Assembly: GCA_947260025.1 (NCBI GenBank)
Contig: CAMYON010000013.1
Span: forward strand, 20,806-84,805
Direction: 5' to 3'
Length of the DNA: 64,000 nt
Origin: an uncultured Gammaproteobacteria bacterium
Lineage (GTDB): Bacteria > Pseudomonadota > Gammaproteobacteria > GCA-001735895
Positions 26,030-40,352 of the stretch are shown in pieces. A program made the position numbers and the translations under genes. The notes beneath the pieces are model-generated. The model saw only the letters and a program-made list of their open reading frames with translations, did not search any database and was not told the origin of the DNA. Within the stretch, counting starts at the first letter, position 1, and every line of letters begins with the position of its first letter.

Positions 26030-27117
26030 CAGGCGCTTAGCAGGGCCTCGCACACGGTTGCGATTTGCCGTTCGGTCATTTCCGGAAATATCGGCAAGGA
26101 GAGACAGCGTTGCGCGGTTGCTTCGGTCACCGGCAGCTCGGGCTGCGCCGTGTCGGCAAAAGCTTTTTGCTGGTGCAGCGGGATCGGATAGTACACGGCA
26201 CAGGAGACCTCGCGTGCGAGCACGGCTTCGCGCACCGCGTCCCGGTTATCGCAGAGGATGGTGTACTGGTGAAATACGTGATCGCGATCGTCGGGGATCA
26301 CGGGTGCCTGAAACCGACTTCCGGCCAGCCGCTCGTTGTAAGCCCTGGCCACCTCGTGGCGTTTGCGATTGTATTCGTCGATATGTTTGAGTTTGATGCG
26401 CAGGATAACGGCCTGCAGTTCGTCGAGGCGGCTGTTAACGCCGATGACATCATGGTGATATTGCTGGCTGCTGCCGTGATTACGCAGCATTTTGATCTTT
26501 GCGGCCGTGGTCTCGTCGTTGGTGGTAACCATGCCGCCATCGCCGTAGCAGCCGAGGTTTTTGCTCGGGAAAAAACTGAATGCCCCGGAGGCGCCAATGG
26601 CTCCCGTGGCACGCTCACCGTAGCGGCTGCCAAAGGATTGCGCACAGTCTTCGATCACCAGTAAATCGAACTCTTCCGCCAGCGCCAGGATTTCATTCAT
26701 ATCGGCAGGCTGGCCGAACAGGTGTACCGGTAATATCGCCCTGGTCCTGTCGGTTATCGCGGCCCTGATCCTGGCGGGATCGATATTGAAGCTGTGCGGT
26801 TGAATATCGACGAATACCGGGATTGCCCCGATAAAGCGAATGGCCTCGGCGGTGGCGATAAACGTGAAGGCGCTGGTGATTACCTCGTCTCCCGGTTGAA
26901 TTCCGCTGGCCAGCAGCGCGAGGTGCAGGGCGTCGGTGCCGTTGGCGCAACTGATGGCATGATTGACACCGAGATACTCCGCGGCTTCCTGGTCGAAGGC
27001 CTGCACGTTAGGGCCCAGGATGAAGCGGGTTTCGCCCAGCGCCTGCAGAATGGCGCTGTCGATTTCCGTTTTCAGGGTTTCGTACTGACCCTTCAGGTCG
27101 ACCATGGGGATGCTCAT
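26029..27117 (-). CDS. gnnB: DegT/DnrJ/EryC1-family PLP-dependent sugar aminotransferase (GnnB-like UDP-3-keto-GlcNAc transaminase)
   Basis: 362 aa; DegT family with PLP lysine region; operonic with a Gfo/Idh/MocA oxidoreductase and lpxB. Confidence 0.7.
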   Translation of the reverse strand: MSIPMVDLKGQYETLKTEIDSAILQALGETRFILGPNVQAFDQEAAEYLGVNHAISCANGTDALHLALLASGIQPGDEVITSAFTFIATAEAIRFIGAIPVFVDIQPHSFNIDPARIRAAITDRTRAILPVHLFGQPADMNEILALAEEFDLLVIEDCAQSFGSRYGERATGAIGASGAFSFFPSKNLGCYGDGGMVTTNDETTAAKIKMLRNHGSSQQYHHDVIGVNSRLDELQAVILRIKLKHIDEYNRKRHEVARAYNERLAGSRFQAPVIPDDRDHVFHQYTILCDNRDAVREAVLAREVSCAVYYPIPLHQQKAFADTAQPELPVTEATAQRCLSLPIFPEMTERQIATVCEALLSA

Positions 27118-28058
27118 AATGATTCCTTGATTTGTGTCGTAATGGCGATAGCGGTTTCCAGGGCGCGTTTACCGTCCTCGCCGTTCACCAGCGGCCGTTT
27201 GCCGGTTTTGATTGCATCGATAAAGTCGAGGACTTCCAGATTGAGTGCGTCGTTATCCTCGAACTGAAATTCTTCATGGGTTATGTCCCTGTAGCCTTCG
27301 GCGTTATCGGCCTCGCCCTTGCGATTGACCGCCAGGATCTTGTCCTGAAAATCGGCCGACAGGTAGGCATCTTTCTGAAAAATGCGCAGTTTTCGCTCGC
27401 GCTTGCGACTGATGCGGCTCGCGGTCACGTTGGCCACGCAGTGATTCTCGAACTCCAGACGGGCGTTGGCGATATCGATCGTATCTGACAGTACCGAAAT
27501 ACCGCTGGCCGAGATACGGGAAATCGGACTATCGATCAGGTCGAGGATGATGTCGATATCGTGAATCATGAGGTCGAGAATGACGCTGACGTCGGTGGCT
27601 CGCAGCGTGAACGGCGCCAGGCGGGTCGACTCGAGGAACTGCGGCTGCTGCAAATGTTCGCCGATACCGAGCATGACGCTGTTGAAGCGTTCGATATGAC
27701 CGACCTGCAGTACCAATTGCTGGTCGCGGGCAATGCGATTGAGAATTTCGGCCTCGGCCACCGATTCGGTGACCGGTTTTTCGATCAAACAGTGAATTCC
27801 CGCTTCCAGAAACTCGCGGCCGATTTTATAATGCAGGCTGGTTGGAACCACCAGACTGATTGCGTCAACCAGCGGGATGACATCGCGATAGTCGGTAAAC
27901 GTCTCGGCGCCGTGTTTTTGTGCGATAGCGCGCGCGTTTTCGGCATTGGTATCAACCACGGCAACCAGATCGCAATCGGTGCAGGCGGCGTATTTGTCAG
28001 CATGCCATTTGCCCAGGTGACCAACACCGACAACAGCAACCTTGAGTAATTGAGACAT
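27114..28058 (-). CDS. gnnA: Gfo/Idh/MocA-family NAD-dependent oxidoreductase (GnnA-like UDP-GlcNAc 3-dehydrogenase)
   Basis: 314 aa; Rossmann motif VAVVGVGHLGKWH; ATGA overlap with gnnB. Confidence 0.7.
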   Translation of the reverse strand: MSQLLKVAVVGVGHLGKWHADKYAACTDCDLVAVVDTNAENARAIAQKHGAETFTDYRDVIPLVDAISLVVPTSLHYKIGREFLEAGIHCLIEKPVTESVAEAEILNRIARDQQLVLQVGHIERFNSVMLGIGEHLQQPQFLESTRLAPFTLRATDVSVILDLMIHDIDIILDLIDSPISRISASGISVLSDTIDIANARLEFENHCVANVTASRISRKRERKLRIFQKDAYLSADFQDKILAVNRKGEADNAEGYRDITHEEFQFEDNDALNLEVLDFIDAIKTGKRPLVNGEDGKRALETAIAITTQIKESL

Positions 28059-28094
28059 AAGTGACAGGAGTGAAAATCAACCGGCGCATTATAT

Positions 28095-28674
28095 ATGCAT
28101 GAAAACCCAATTGCGAAGCTTGTCGCCGGCATCGACGAAGCCGGTCGCGGCCCGCTGGCGGGTTCGGTGGTTGCCGCCGCGGTTATCCTCGATGAAGCTT
28201 GCCCGATAGACGGGTTGACCGATTCCAAGAAACTTTCGGAAGGCCGCCGCCTGCAACTGGAAGTCGAGATCAAGAAAAATGCCGTGGCCTGGGCGATCGC
28301 CGAGGCCAGTCACCACGAGGTCGATCAAATCAATATCCTGCAGGCCAGCCTGCTGGCAATGAAGCGCGCTCTGCTGGGTCTGAATCTTAAACCGCAGCAG
28401 GTGCTGGTCGACGGCAATCGGCTGCCCGCGCTCGATGGCTACCAGATGCTGGCAATCGTGAAAGGCGACCTGTACGAGCCCTGTATTTCGGCGGCGTCGA
28501 TCCTGGCGAAAAACTACCGCGACCGGCAGATGCTGGAGCTCGATCGACAGTACCCCCAGTACCAATTTGCCCGGCACAAGGGTTATCCGACCGCGCTGCA
28601 TCGTGAAATGCTGCAACGCCATGGTGTCTCGGCGGTGCATCGCCGCAGCTTCAAGCCGGTACGAGATTTGCTCG

Positions 28675-28682
<8 letters not shown>
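28095..28682 (+). CDS. rnhB: Ribonuclease HII
   Basis: 195 aa; [24 protein letters not shown] catalytic motif; conserved rnhB-dnaE order. Confidence 0.9.
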
Positions 28683-32154
<3,472 letters not shown>

Positions 32155-32232
32155 GCAACGCGGCCCGCTGTGGATTGACCGGGAAAATAGATCGCAGTAT
32201 CGTGCCGGGCTCGGTCATCACCCGGGTTTGAT

Positions 32233-32901
32233 ATGCTGCGATACATTGTCTGGCGACTGCTTTTCGAAATCTGCAACATCAGGCGCCTTTTCGGCCACGG
32301 CAATGAACGCGTGCAGTACCTGGCGTTCGGTGCCAACCTGAGCGAATCGATCATGAATGAACGCCGGATCCGACCGTTCGCGATGAAGCCGTTCACCCTG
32401 AGAGATCATGGTCTGCGCTTTGATCATCCTTCCCCCTGGATCGGTTGTGGCTATGCCTCGGCCGAACCTGCCGTCGGCGAAGCGGTGCATGGATTCCTTT
32501 ACTCGTTGTCGGCGCGAGATGCCGCGCGCATGGATTTCTACGAAGCGGTGCCGGTTATCAACCGCTACCGCCGTACCTGGGTCGAACAGGATGGAGAGCG
32601 AGTTTACTTTTACCAGACCAACCGCTCCACGCCGAATCTGAAGCCCACCGAGGAATACCTGGGATACATCGTCAACGGCCTCGCATCCCATCCGGATGCC
32701 AGCGACGAGTATCGCGCGTCGATGGCATCTACCGCGACCGGCGAACCGGGCAAGTTCGTCTCGTCGTACCTGTGGAATCAGCCCGAGGATCGCGGCGGAT
32801 GGCGTCGCGACCTGGTCAATCTGTACCAGCGAGTCGTACTTTTTATCTTCCTGAAACTGCTGTACCGATATTCCTTGACCGCCGTTTTCATCCGCTACTA
32901 A
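32233..32901 (+). CDS. Gamma-glutamyl cyclotransferase/AIG2-like family protein with hydrophobic C-terminal tail
   Basis: YLAFGANL and GFLY/E..Y elements typical of the GGCT fold; start codon uncertain; the antisense ORF 32218-32994 is judged spurious. Confidence 0.5.
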   Translation: MLRYIVWRLLFEICNIRRLFGHGNERVQYLAFGANLSESIMNERRIRPFAMKPFTLRDHGLRFDHPSPWIGCGYASAEPAVGEAVHGFLYSLSARDAARMDFYEAVPVINRYRRTWVEQDGERVYFYQTNRSTPNLKPTEEYLGYIVNGLASHPDASDEYRASMASTATGEPGKFVSSYLWNQPEDRGGWRRDLVNLYQRVVLFIFLKLLYRYSLTAVFIRY

Positions 32902-33021
32902 TAACCGCGCTTCCCGCTCACTCAGCACTGAATTATCCGAGCACAATACTGTTAGCAGATTAGAAAAATCAATACTGAATCTGATCGTAGCCATCTCGAG
33001 ATGGCCGGGGATAAATGCGAA

Positions 33022-33759
33022 TCAAGCGGTGAAGATTTCGCCGTTCTCGTTCGAGGCATCGCTCATCAGGTACAGGAAGGTATCGATATGATCCTGCGGC
33101 GACGGCAACTGTTCGTTTTCGTCCGCGGCCGGGTAGGCGCGCAACTGCAGGCTGGTGCGCGTCTTGCCTGGATTGAAACAGTTTACCCGTAAATTACTGT
33201 CGGCATACTCCTGTGCCAGCAGTTCGGCCATGGCCGCGAGCCCCTGTTTGCTGACCTGGTAGGCGTCCCAGTAGGCCCCGGGCTTGTCGTCGATCATGAA
33301 CAGTATCGAAGCGTGCTCGGAGCGGCTCATCAGCGGCAGGCAGGCGCGGGTCAGCAAATAAGGAGCATGCAGGTTGACCTGGTGCACCTGGTACCAGGTT
33401 TCCGCATCGCTCTGGGCAAACACCGTGGGCGCCCCGAGGATGGCGGCGCAGTGAATCAATCCATCCAGTTGCCCGAGCTGGGACTCGATATTCGCCGCAA
33501 GTTCGCCGTAGTCGTGCTCGCTGGCGCCCTCCAGGTTCATCGGGTAAATCGCCGGTGTCGGGTAGCCTGCCAGGTCGATTTCGTCGTAGAGCGCCTCCAC
33601 CATGCGCAGGTTACGTGCCAGTAAAATCACGGTGGCACCATGTTGCGCCAACGCCAGCGACAACGGTTTACCAAAGCCGCCGGTCGCGCCGGTTACCAAA
33701 ACTGTCTTGTCTTTCAGCAAATCGGAAGCGGCGCTGAATCTATCGGGTATGCGGGTCAT
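33022..33759 (-). CDS. SDR-family oxidoreductase (YciK-like)
   Basis: 245 aa from MTRIPD; TGATGGFG NAD(P) motif, YxxxK; start abuts the stop of the upstream HAD gene. Confidence 0.75.
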   Translation of the reverse strand: MTRIPDRFSAASDLLKDKTVLVTGATGGFGKPLSLALAQHGATVILLARNLRMVEALYDEIDLAGYPTPAIYPMNLEGASEHDYGELAANIESQLGQLDGLIHCAAILGAPTVFAQSDAETWYQVHQVNLHAPYLLTRACLPLMSRSEHASILFMIDDKPGAYWDAYQVSKQGLAAMAELLAQEYADSNLRVNCFNPGKTRTSLQLRAYPAADENEQLPSPQDHIDTFLYLMSDASNENGEIFTA

Positions 33760-34418
33760 GTCTGGCTCATCAATGGGTGCTGTAACAGTTCGCCAGGGCT
33801 GTCTATCACGCCATCGGCGCCCCAGCCCTCGATATCGGTGCCGTCCTCGATATAGCCGTAGGCCGCGACCAGGGTTTTCATATTTGCCGCCTTGCCGGCG
33901 ACGATGTCGCGCTCGTCGTCGCCGACGTACAGGCATCGCTCGCTGCTTACGTCGAGGCGTTCAGCCGCGACCTGCAACGGCAGCGGGTGCGGCTTACGAT
34001 GTTCCAGGGTATCGCCGCCGATGACGACGCCGCTGCGCTCGGCCAGGCCCAGCTGCTGCAACAAGGGGTGCGTCAGCCATTCGGGCTTATTGGTGACGAT
34101 ACCCCAGGGGATGGATCGCGTCTCGAGCTCGGTGAGAATTTCCTCGTAGCCATCGAACAGCCTGGAATCGTTGGCGACGATCTCGCGGTAATGATCCAGG
34201 AAGCGTTGCCGCAGGGGCTCGATTGCGGACTCGGGGACCTTGCCGCCAAATCCCAGCCGGGTCAGCACCAGGCCGCCCTGCGAGACGTAGGGCCGTATGC
34301 GTTCTATTGGTATCGGCTCCAGGTTTTCTTCGAGCAGCAGGTTATTGAGCGCGCCGCCCATATCCGGTGCGGTGTCGATCAAAGTACCATCGAGGTCGAA
34401 CAATACGGCTTTAGTCAT
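33756..34418 (-). CDS. HAD-family phosphatase (phosphoglycolate phosphatase Gph / MurNAc-6P phosphatase MupP-like)
   Basis: 220 aa; DLDGTLIDT motif I; located downstream of ubiG as mupP is in Pseudomonas. Confidence 0.75.
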   Translation of the reverse strand: MTKAVLFDLDGTLIDTAPDMGGALNNLLLEENLEPIPIERIRPYVSQGGLVLTRLGFGGKVPESAIEPLRQRFLDHYREIVANDSRLFDGYEEILTELETRSIPWGIVTNKPEWLTHPLLQQLGLAERSGVVIGGDTLEHRKPHPLPLQVAAERLDVSSERCLYVGDDERDIVAGKAANMKTLVAAYGYIEDGTDIEGWGADGVIDSPGELLQHPLMSQT

Positions 34419-35127
34419 CGAAGCAGGCGGTCATCAGGTAATTGACATCGATATCTCGACCCAGCGAGTAGTTTTTCGTGATCGGGTTGTAACTGATGCC
34501 GGTAATATCACGCAGCTGCATGCCGTTGGCGCGCAGCGTTGCGGCGAGTTCCGAGGGTTTGATGAATTTTTTGTACTCGTGGGTGCCCCGCGGCAGCATC
34601 CTTAAAACATACTCTGCGCCCAGAATCGCGAGTGCGAAGGATTTGGGATTACGATTCAGCGTCGACAGGCACAACATGCCTTCGGGTTTCAACAGTCGGA
34701 TCGCGGATGCGATGATCGACGCCGGGTCGGGCACATGCTCGAGCATTTCGAGGCAGGTCACGATATCGAACTGCGCCGCATTTTGCTGCGCGAAGTCTTC
34801 TACCGTCGACAGCTGGTAATCGACTTCGAGCCCCGATTCATGCAGGTGCATCTTCGCCACTTTGAGCGAGAGTTCGGCCATGTCGATTCCGGTGACCAGT
34901 GCGCCTTTGTGCGCCAGCGCTTCCGCCAGGATGCCGCCGCCGCAGCCGACATCGAGAATTTTTTTGCCTGCGACACCCTGTGCCTGCCGTTCTATATAGG
35001 TCACGCGCAACGGGTTGATTTCATGCAGCGGCTTGAACTCGCTTTCACGATCCCACCAGCGGCTCGCAATCGACTGGAATTTATCGATTTCGGCCGGATC
35101 AACGTTTACATCCAATGACATGTTCAA
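34411..35127 (-). CDS. ubiG: Ubiquinone biosynthesis O-methyltransferase
   Basis: 238 aa; SAM motif LDVGCGGGILAE; colinear with UbiG. Confidence 0.9.
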   Translation of the reverse strand: MNMSLDVNVDPAEIDKFQSIASRWWDRESEFKPLHEINPLRVTYIERQAQGVAGKKILDVGCGGGILAEALAHKGALVTGIDMAELSLKVAKMHLHESGLEVDYQLSTVEDFAQQNAAQFDIVTCLEMLEHVPDPASIIASAIRLLKPEGMLCLSTLNRNPKSFALAILGAEYVLRMLPRGTHEYKKFIKPSELAATLRANGMQLRDITGISYNPITKNYSLGRDIDVNYLMTACFDD

Positions 35128-36443
35128 CTCTTTATTTTCTGGGCCCAGGCGGATGCCGTGGCGATCAGTTCGTCGTTATCCAGGTGGCAGAATTCGGAGT
35201 CTCGCAACTGCGCCACCCCGTCGATCCAGACGTGAGATACCTGCCGGCTGCTGGCCGCGTAAACGATTTGCGCCACCGGATCGTACAGCGGCTGGGTGTT
35301 GAGGCTGCCGAGGTCGAGTGCGATCAGGTCGGCTTTCTTCCCGACTTCGATACTGCCGATCTGGTCTGCCATGCCCAGCGCACGGGCGCCGTTGATAGTC
35401 GCCATCTCTATCGCGTGGCGGGCGTTGCAGGCGCTGGCGTTACCGCTGCTGCCCTTGGCCAGCATCGAGGCGGTGCGCATTTCGCCGAGCAGGTCGTGAT
35501 CGTTGTTGCTGGCCGCGCCATCGGTGCCGAGACACAGGTTGACGCCCTGGTCGTGAAGCGCCGTGACCGGGCAGATGCCGCTACCCAGTTTCAGGTTGGA
35601 TTCGGGGCAGTGAACGACGTTGACCCCGGCCTCGGCCACGCGCTCGATTTCGAATTCATCGAGCTCGGTCATATGCACCGCGATCAGGTTTGGATTCAGC
35701 AGGTTGAGCTGATCGAGTCGTTGTAGCGGACGCTGGCCGGTTTTCTGCAGCGCTTCCGCTACTTCCGAGGCGGTTTCGTGCACGTGCATATGCACCGGCA
35801 GATCGAGCTCGCTGCTGTACATCGCGATCTGCCGCAACGGTTCGTCCGAGACCGTGTAGGGTGCGTGTGGCGCGAAAGCGCTGCTGACCAGCGGCATCTC
35901 GCGTATCTCGTCATGCACGGCCAGCGCCTTGTGCAGGTATTCGTCGGCGTTTTGCGCCCAGACGCTCGGAAAATCGAGCACGATCAGGCCGATGACGCTG
36001 CGCATACCGATGGCCTGGGAACAACGTGCGGCCTCGTCGGGAAAGTAGTACATATCGCTGAGGCAGGTCGTGCCGGAGCGTATCATTTCGGCTGCAGCAA
36101 GCCTGAATCCATCGACGGTGAAACCGGGATCGACCCAGCGCGCCTCGGCCGGCCAGATATGATCGGTCAGCCATTCCATTAACGGGAGATCGTCGGCCAG
36201 GCCGCGAAACAGGCTCATCGAGGCGTGGGTGTGCGCATTGACAAAACCGGGCATCAACACACAGTCCGGCAGGCGGATAATCTCTGCCTGCGAGTAGCAC
36301 GGCAACTCGCTAACGGCATCGTTTGCAATCAGCATCTGAATGCGATCATCTTCGACCACCACGGCGAAATCGCGCAATACCTCGAACCCCGCGTTAACGG
36401 TGACGGTCCAGTCAGGCTGGATGATTTGGTAGCGATGCTGCAT
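35124..36443 (-). CDS. mtaD: Amidohydrolase, 5-methylthioadenosine/S-adenosylhomocysteine deaminase-like (MtaD)
   Basis: 439 aa; metal-binding HxH (FVNAHTHASMS) and HxHxxE motifs. Confidence 0.8.
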   Translation of the reverse strand: MQHRYQIIQPDWTVTVNAGFEVLRDFAVVVEDDRIQMLIANDAVSELPCYSQAEIIRLPDCVLMPGFVNAHTHASMSLFRGLADDLPLMEWLTDHIWPAEARWVDPGFTVDGFRLAAAEMIRSGTTCLSDMYYFPDEAARCSQAIGMRSVIGLIVLDFPSVWAQNADEYLHKALAVHDEIREMPLVSSAFAPHAPYTVSDEPLRQIAMYSSELDLPVHMHVHETASEVAEALQKTGQRPLQRLDQLNLLNPNLIAVHMTELDEFEIERVAEAGVNVVHCPESNLKLGSGICPVTALHDQGVNLCLGTDGAASNNDHDLLGEMRTASMLAKGSSGNASACNARHAIEMATINGARALGMADQIGSIEVGKKADLIALDLGSLNTQPLYDPVAQIVYAASSRQVSHVWIDGVAQLRDSEFCHLDNDELIATASAWAQKIKS

Positions 36444-36670
36444 AGTCGAACCTTACAAGATTTGAGCGAGACTTAAAACGGATATTGCGGCATTCATGGC
36501 GGTGTCACGAGCAATTCCTCAAATCCGCGCTAAAAACCCGTAAATCCGTTTATTTTGGCGCTGGAGAGGCGATCTTATCGGTAGTGTTAACCCCGCGGTC
36601 TGTGATAAAATTGCGCAGATCGAAAATAAATCATTCCTGCGTCATTTCTTACCGTTGAGTTTCTAGTTTT

Positions 36671-39250
36671 ATGGCTGATATCGCCAAAGAAGTTTTTCCT
36701 GTCAATTTAGAAGACGAGATGCGTCAGTCGTACCTCGAGTACGCGATGAGCGTTATCGTCGGGCGCGCCTTGCCGGACGTGCGCGATGGTCTCAAACCGG
36801 TGCATCGACGGGTACTCTACGCGATGAGCGTGCTCGGTAACGACTATAACAAGCCGTACAAAAAATCCGCGCGCGTGGTCGGTGACGTAATCGGTAAATA
36901 CCACCCGCACGGCGATACCGCGGTCTACGACACCATCGTGCGCATGGCGCAACCTTTCGCGATGCGGCACATGCTGGTCGATGGCCAGGGTAACTTCGGT
37001 TCGGTGGACGGCGATTCACCCGCGGCAATGCGTTACACCGAAGTGCGCATGTCGAAAATCGCGCACGAATTGCTGGCCGACCTGGAAAAGGAAACCGTCG
37101 ACTACCTGCCGAACTACGATGAATCGGAACACGAGCCCGTGGTGTTGCCGACAAAGGTGCCGAACCTGTTGATCAACGGTTCTTCCGGCATCGCGGTAGG
37201 CATGGCCACCAATATCCCGCCGCATAACCTGAGCGAGGTAGTCAACGCCTGCATCCTGCTGGTGGACGAACCCGACTCTGGTATCGAGCAATTGATGGAA
37301 TGCATTCCCGGACCCGATTTTCCAACCGCCGGATATATCAATGGCGCGCGCGGTATTCGCGAGGCTTATCGCGGCGGTAAGGGCAAGATCTACCTGCGCG
37401 CAAAGACGCATTACGAGGAAGATAAATCGGGCCGGCAAAGCATTATCGTCACCGAATTGCCTTACCAGGTTAACAAGGCCCGGCTGCTCGAAAAAATTGC
37501 CGAACTGGTCAAGGAGAAACGCCTCGAGGGCATAACCGGGTTGCGTGACGAGTCCGACAAGGACGGTATGCGCATGGTGATCGAGTTGCGCCGCGGCGAA
37601 ATCGCCGACGTGGTGTTGAATAACCTTTACAAGCAGACCCAGATGCAAAACGTGTTTGGCATCAACATGGTGGCGCTGGTCAACGGTCAGCCGCGCCTGC
37701 TGAATCTGAAGGAAATCCTGGAAGCCTTTATCCTGCACCGGCGTGAAGTCGTAACTCGTCGCACGATTTTTGACCTGCGGAAGGCACGCGACCGCGCGCA
37801 TTTGCTCGAAGGGCTCGCCGTCGCGTTATCCAACATCGATGAAATCATCGAAATGATCAAGCAGTCGTCCAGTCCGGCGGTGGCCAAGGCCGGACTGATG
37901 GAAAAATCCTGGGCGCCGGGCGTGGTACTGGAAATGTTGCAGCGTACCGGTGCGGAATCCTCCAGGCCCGAGGGTATCGCCGAAACCTTTGGACTAATCG
38001 GCGATCAATACCATCTGACCGAGAAACAGGCGCAGGCGATTCTCGATCTGCGACTGCATAAACTGACCGGGCTGGAACAGGATAAGATCATTTCCGAATA
38101 CCGTGAGATTCTGGAAAAAATCGAAGACCTGCTCGATATTCTGCAACGCGACGAGCGGCTGAAGCAGGAGATTCGGCGTGAACTCGAGGAGATCAGGGAA
38201 GAATTTGCCGATCCGCGCCGCACCGAAATCGTGATCGATCATTCCGACCTGACGGTCGAAGACCTGATCAGCGAAGAAGACGTGGTGGTGACCATATCGC
38301 ATCTCGGCTATGCCAAGGCTCAGCCGCTGGAATCTTATTCGGCGCAGCGGCGCGGTGGCCGCGGCAAGGCGGCAACAAAAGTCAAAGACGAAGATTTCGT
38401 CGAGCAAATGTTTGCCGCGTCGACCCATGATACGCTGCTGTGTTTTTCCACGCGCGGCAAGGTTTACTGGCAAAAAGTTTACCAACTGCCGATCGGCAGT
38501 CGCGCTTCCCGCGGCCGACCCATGATTAACTTGCTGCCGCTGGAAGAAGACGAGCGAATTACCGCGATTCTGCCGGTGCGCGAGTACCCGGAAGACCAGT
38601 TTATCTTCTTCGCCACTGCCAGCGGCAAGGTCAAACGCACCCCGCTGTCGAATTTCTCGCGCCCTCGTGCGAACGGCATTATTGCACTCGATCTGCGCGA
38701 CGAGGATAGCCTGATCGGGGTTCAGCTCACCGAGGGCAAGTCGAATATGATGCTTTTTACCAGCGTCGGCAAGGGTATACGTTTCGATGAAAACGACGTG
38801 CGTGCAATGGGCCGCACCGCGGCCGGCGTACGCGGCATCAAGACCAGGGGGAAAGACGAAGTTATTTCGCTGATTGCGGTCGAGTCCGACGAGGGTCAAA
38901 TCCTGTTTGCCACCGAGAACGGCTACGGCAAGCGCACGCGCATCGGCGACTTTTCGGTGCAGGGCAGGGGCGGTCAGGGCGTGATCTCGATTCAGACCTC
39001 AGAGCGCAACGGTGCCGTGGTCGGGGCGATCAAGACCAGCGGCGATGAAGAGATCATGCTGATCAGCAATAGCGGTACCCTGGTACGCACACCTGCCCAG
39101 GATATTTCGATTCTGGGACGCAACACTCAGGGCGTGACTTTGATCCGGCTCGGTGAAAACGAGCAACTGGTGCAGATCGAGCCGGTAGCCGCCAGCGTCG
39201 ACGACGAGGATGTAACTAGCGAAGACGAAGCCGGCGAAGACGAGGGCTGA
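36671..39250 (+). CDS. gyrA: DNA gyrase subunit A
   Basis: 859 aa; QRDR region and active-site Tyr context (AMRYTE); acidic C-terminal tail. Confidence 0.95.
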   Translation: MADIAKEVFPVNLEDEMRQSYLEYAMSVIVGRALPDVRDGLKPVHRRVLYAMSVLGNDYNKPYKKSARVVGDVIGKYHPHGDTAVYDTIVRMAQPFAMRHMLVDGQGNFGSVDGDSPAAMRYTEVRMSKIAHELLADLEKETVDYLPNYDESEHEPVVLPTKVPNLLINGSSGIAVGMATNIPPHNLSEVVNACILLVDEPDSGIEQLMECIPGPDFPTAGYINGARGIREAYRGGKGKIYLRAKTHYEEDKSGRQSIIVTELPYQVNKARLLEKIAELVKEKRLEGITGLRDESDKDGMRMVIELRRGEIADVVLNNLYKQTQMQNVFGINMVALVNGQPRLLNLKEILEAFILHRREVVTRRTIFDLRKARDRAHLLEGLAVALSNIDEIIEMIKQSSSPAVAKAGLMEKSWAPGVVLEMLQRTGAESSRPEGIAETFGLIGDQYHLTEKQAQAILDLRLHKLTGLEQDKIISEYREILEKIEDLLDILQRDERLKQEIRRELEEIREEFADPRRTEIVIDHSDLTVEDLISEEDVVVTISHLGYAKAQPLESYSAQRRGGRGKAATKVKDEDFVEQMFAASTHDTLLCFSTRGKVYWQKVYQLPIGSRASRGRPMINLLPLEEDERITAILPVREYPEDQFIFFATASGKVKRTPLSNFSRPRANGIIALDLRDEDSLIGVQLTEGKSNMMLFTSVGKGIRFDENDVRAMGRTAAGVRGIKTRGKDEVISLIAVESDEGQILFATENGYGKRTRIGDFSVQGRGGQGVISIQTSERNGAVVGAIKTSGDEEIMLISNSGTLVRTPAQDISILGRNTQGVTLIRLGENEQLVQIEPVAASVDDEDVTSEDEAGEDEG

Positions 39251-39257
39251 TGCATCC

Positions 39258-40352
39258 ATGAATGACGATGCCCTGGAAAAACTGCGCCAGCAGATCGATG
39301 ACATCGATCAAAAGTTGCTGGAACTGTTCAACCGGCGCGCGCGTTGCGCGGTCGATGTGGCGGAAGTCAAACGCGCGCTCACCGACGAGTCCGACGAAGG
39401 CGTCAATTTTTTTCGACCGGACCGCGAAGCCCAGGTAATCAATCGGCTGAAAACCCTCAACCAGGGGCCTCTTAGCGATGACGAGGTCGGGCGCCTGATT
39501 CGCGAAGTCATGTCCGCCTGCCTGGCGCTGGAACAGCCGTTGAAAATAGCTTATCTCGGCCCGGAGGGCACCTTTACCCAGAGCGCCGCGTTAAAACACT
39601 TCGGTCATTCGGTGACGACCGTGCCGATGAGCAGTATCCCGGATGTCTTCAACTCGGTCGAATCCGGTCACGCAGACTATGGCCTGGTGCCGGTGGAGAA
39701 TTCAACCGAGGGCGTGGTCAGCCACACTCTGGACATGTTCATGAATTCGAGCCTCAAGGTCTGCGGTGAAGTCGAGATACCGATTCACCACCACCTCGCG
39801 ATGCACGCCCAGAACGTATCGGAAATCAAGCATATCTACTCGCATCAGCAATCCTTCGCGCAGTGCCGACGCTGGCTCGACCAGAATCTTCCGGGCATAG
39901 AGCGCATTCCGGTTAGCAGCAATGCCGAGGCCGCACGCCTGGCGAGTGTCGAGAGCGACGCGGCGGCGATCTGCGGGTTGCCGGCGGTCGAGGTATTCGA
40001 TTTGAAAATCTGTTACGAAAACATCGAAGACCTTTCTGACAACACCACGCGATTCGTCATTATCGGCAAGCAGGATGTCGACCCCAGCGGTAACGATAAA
40101 ACTTCGCTGCTGATTTCGACCAAGAACATTCCGGGGGCACTGCTGGGTTTGCTGCAACCGCTCGCAGATCATGGTATCAGTATGAACAAGATCGAATCGC
40201 GCCCGGCGCAGGGCCTGAAGTGGGCATACGTGTTTTTCATCGATATCGACGGGCATCAACAGGATCCCGGGGTGGCCAGGGCCTTAAATGAGCTGAAACA
40301 GCAGGCTGCCTTGTTTAAAATACTGGGCTCTTATCCCAAAGCCACACTCTAA
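39258..40352 (+). CDS. pheA: Bifunctional chorismate mutase / prephenate dehydratase
   Basis: 364 aa; CM, PDT and ACT domains. Confidence 0.9.
   Translation: MNDDALEKLRQQIDDIDQKLLELFNRRARCAVDVAEVKRALTDESDEGVNFFRPDREAQVINRLKTLNQGPLSDDEVGRLIREVMSACLALEQPLKIAYLGPEGTFTQSAALKHFGHSVTTVPMSSIPDVFNSVESGHADYGLVPVENSTEGVVSHTLDMFMNSSLKVCGEVEIPIHHHLAMHAQNVSEIKHIYSHQQSFAQCRRWLDQNLPGIERIPVSSNAEAARLASVESDAAAICGLPAVEVFDLKICYENIEDLSDNTTRFVIIGKQDVDPSGNDKTSLLISTKNIPGALLGLLQPLADHGISMNKIESRPAQGLKWAYVFFIDIDGHQQDPGVARALNELKQQAALFKILGSYPKATL

Noticed and set aside
28567-28674. Upstream extensions of ORF-track starts for dnaE (and similarly pyrG 53668, eno 56209, cmk 43574, pyrF 47552, ihfB 46092, iscR 4261, SDR 33936, lpxB 26053, SABATH 24862)
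   Set aside because: Conserved N-termini of these families begin at internal ATG/GTG codons. Those codons also give overlapping stop/start (ATGA/GTGA) coupling with the upstream gene. The extensions encode non-conserved, Arg-rich sequence.
36444-36670. 8-bp inverted repeat aaacggat ... atccgttt separated by ~65 nt upstream of gyrA
   Set aside because: The arms are too far apart to form a compact element. It is probably a chance match in an AT-rich promoter region.
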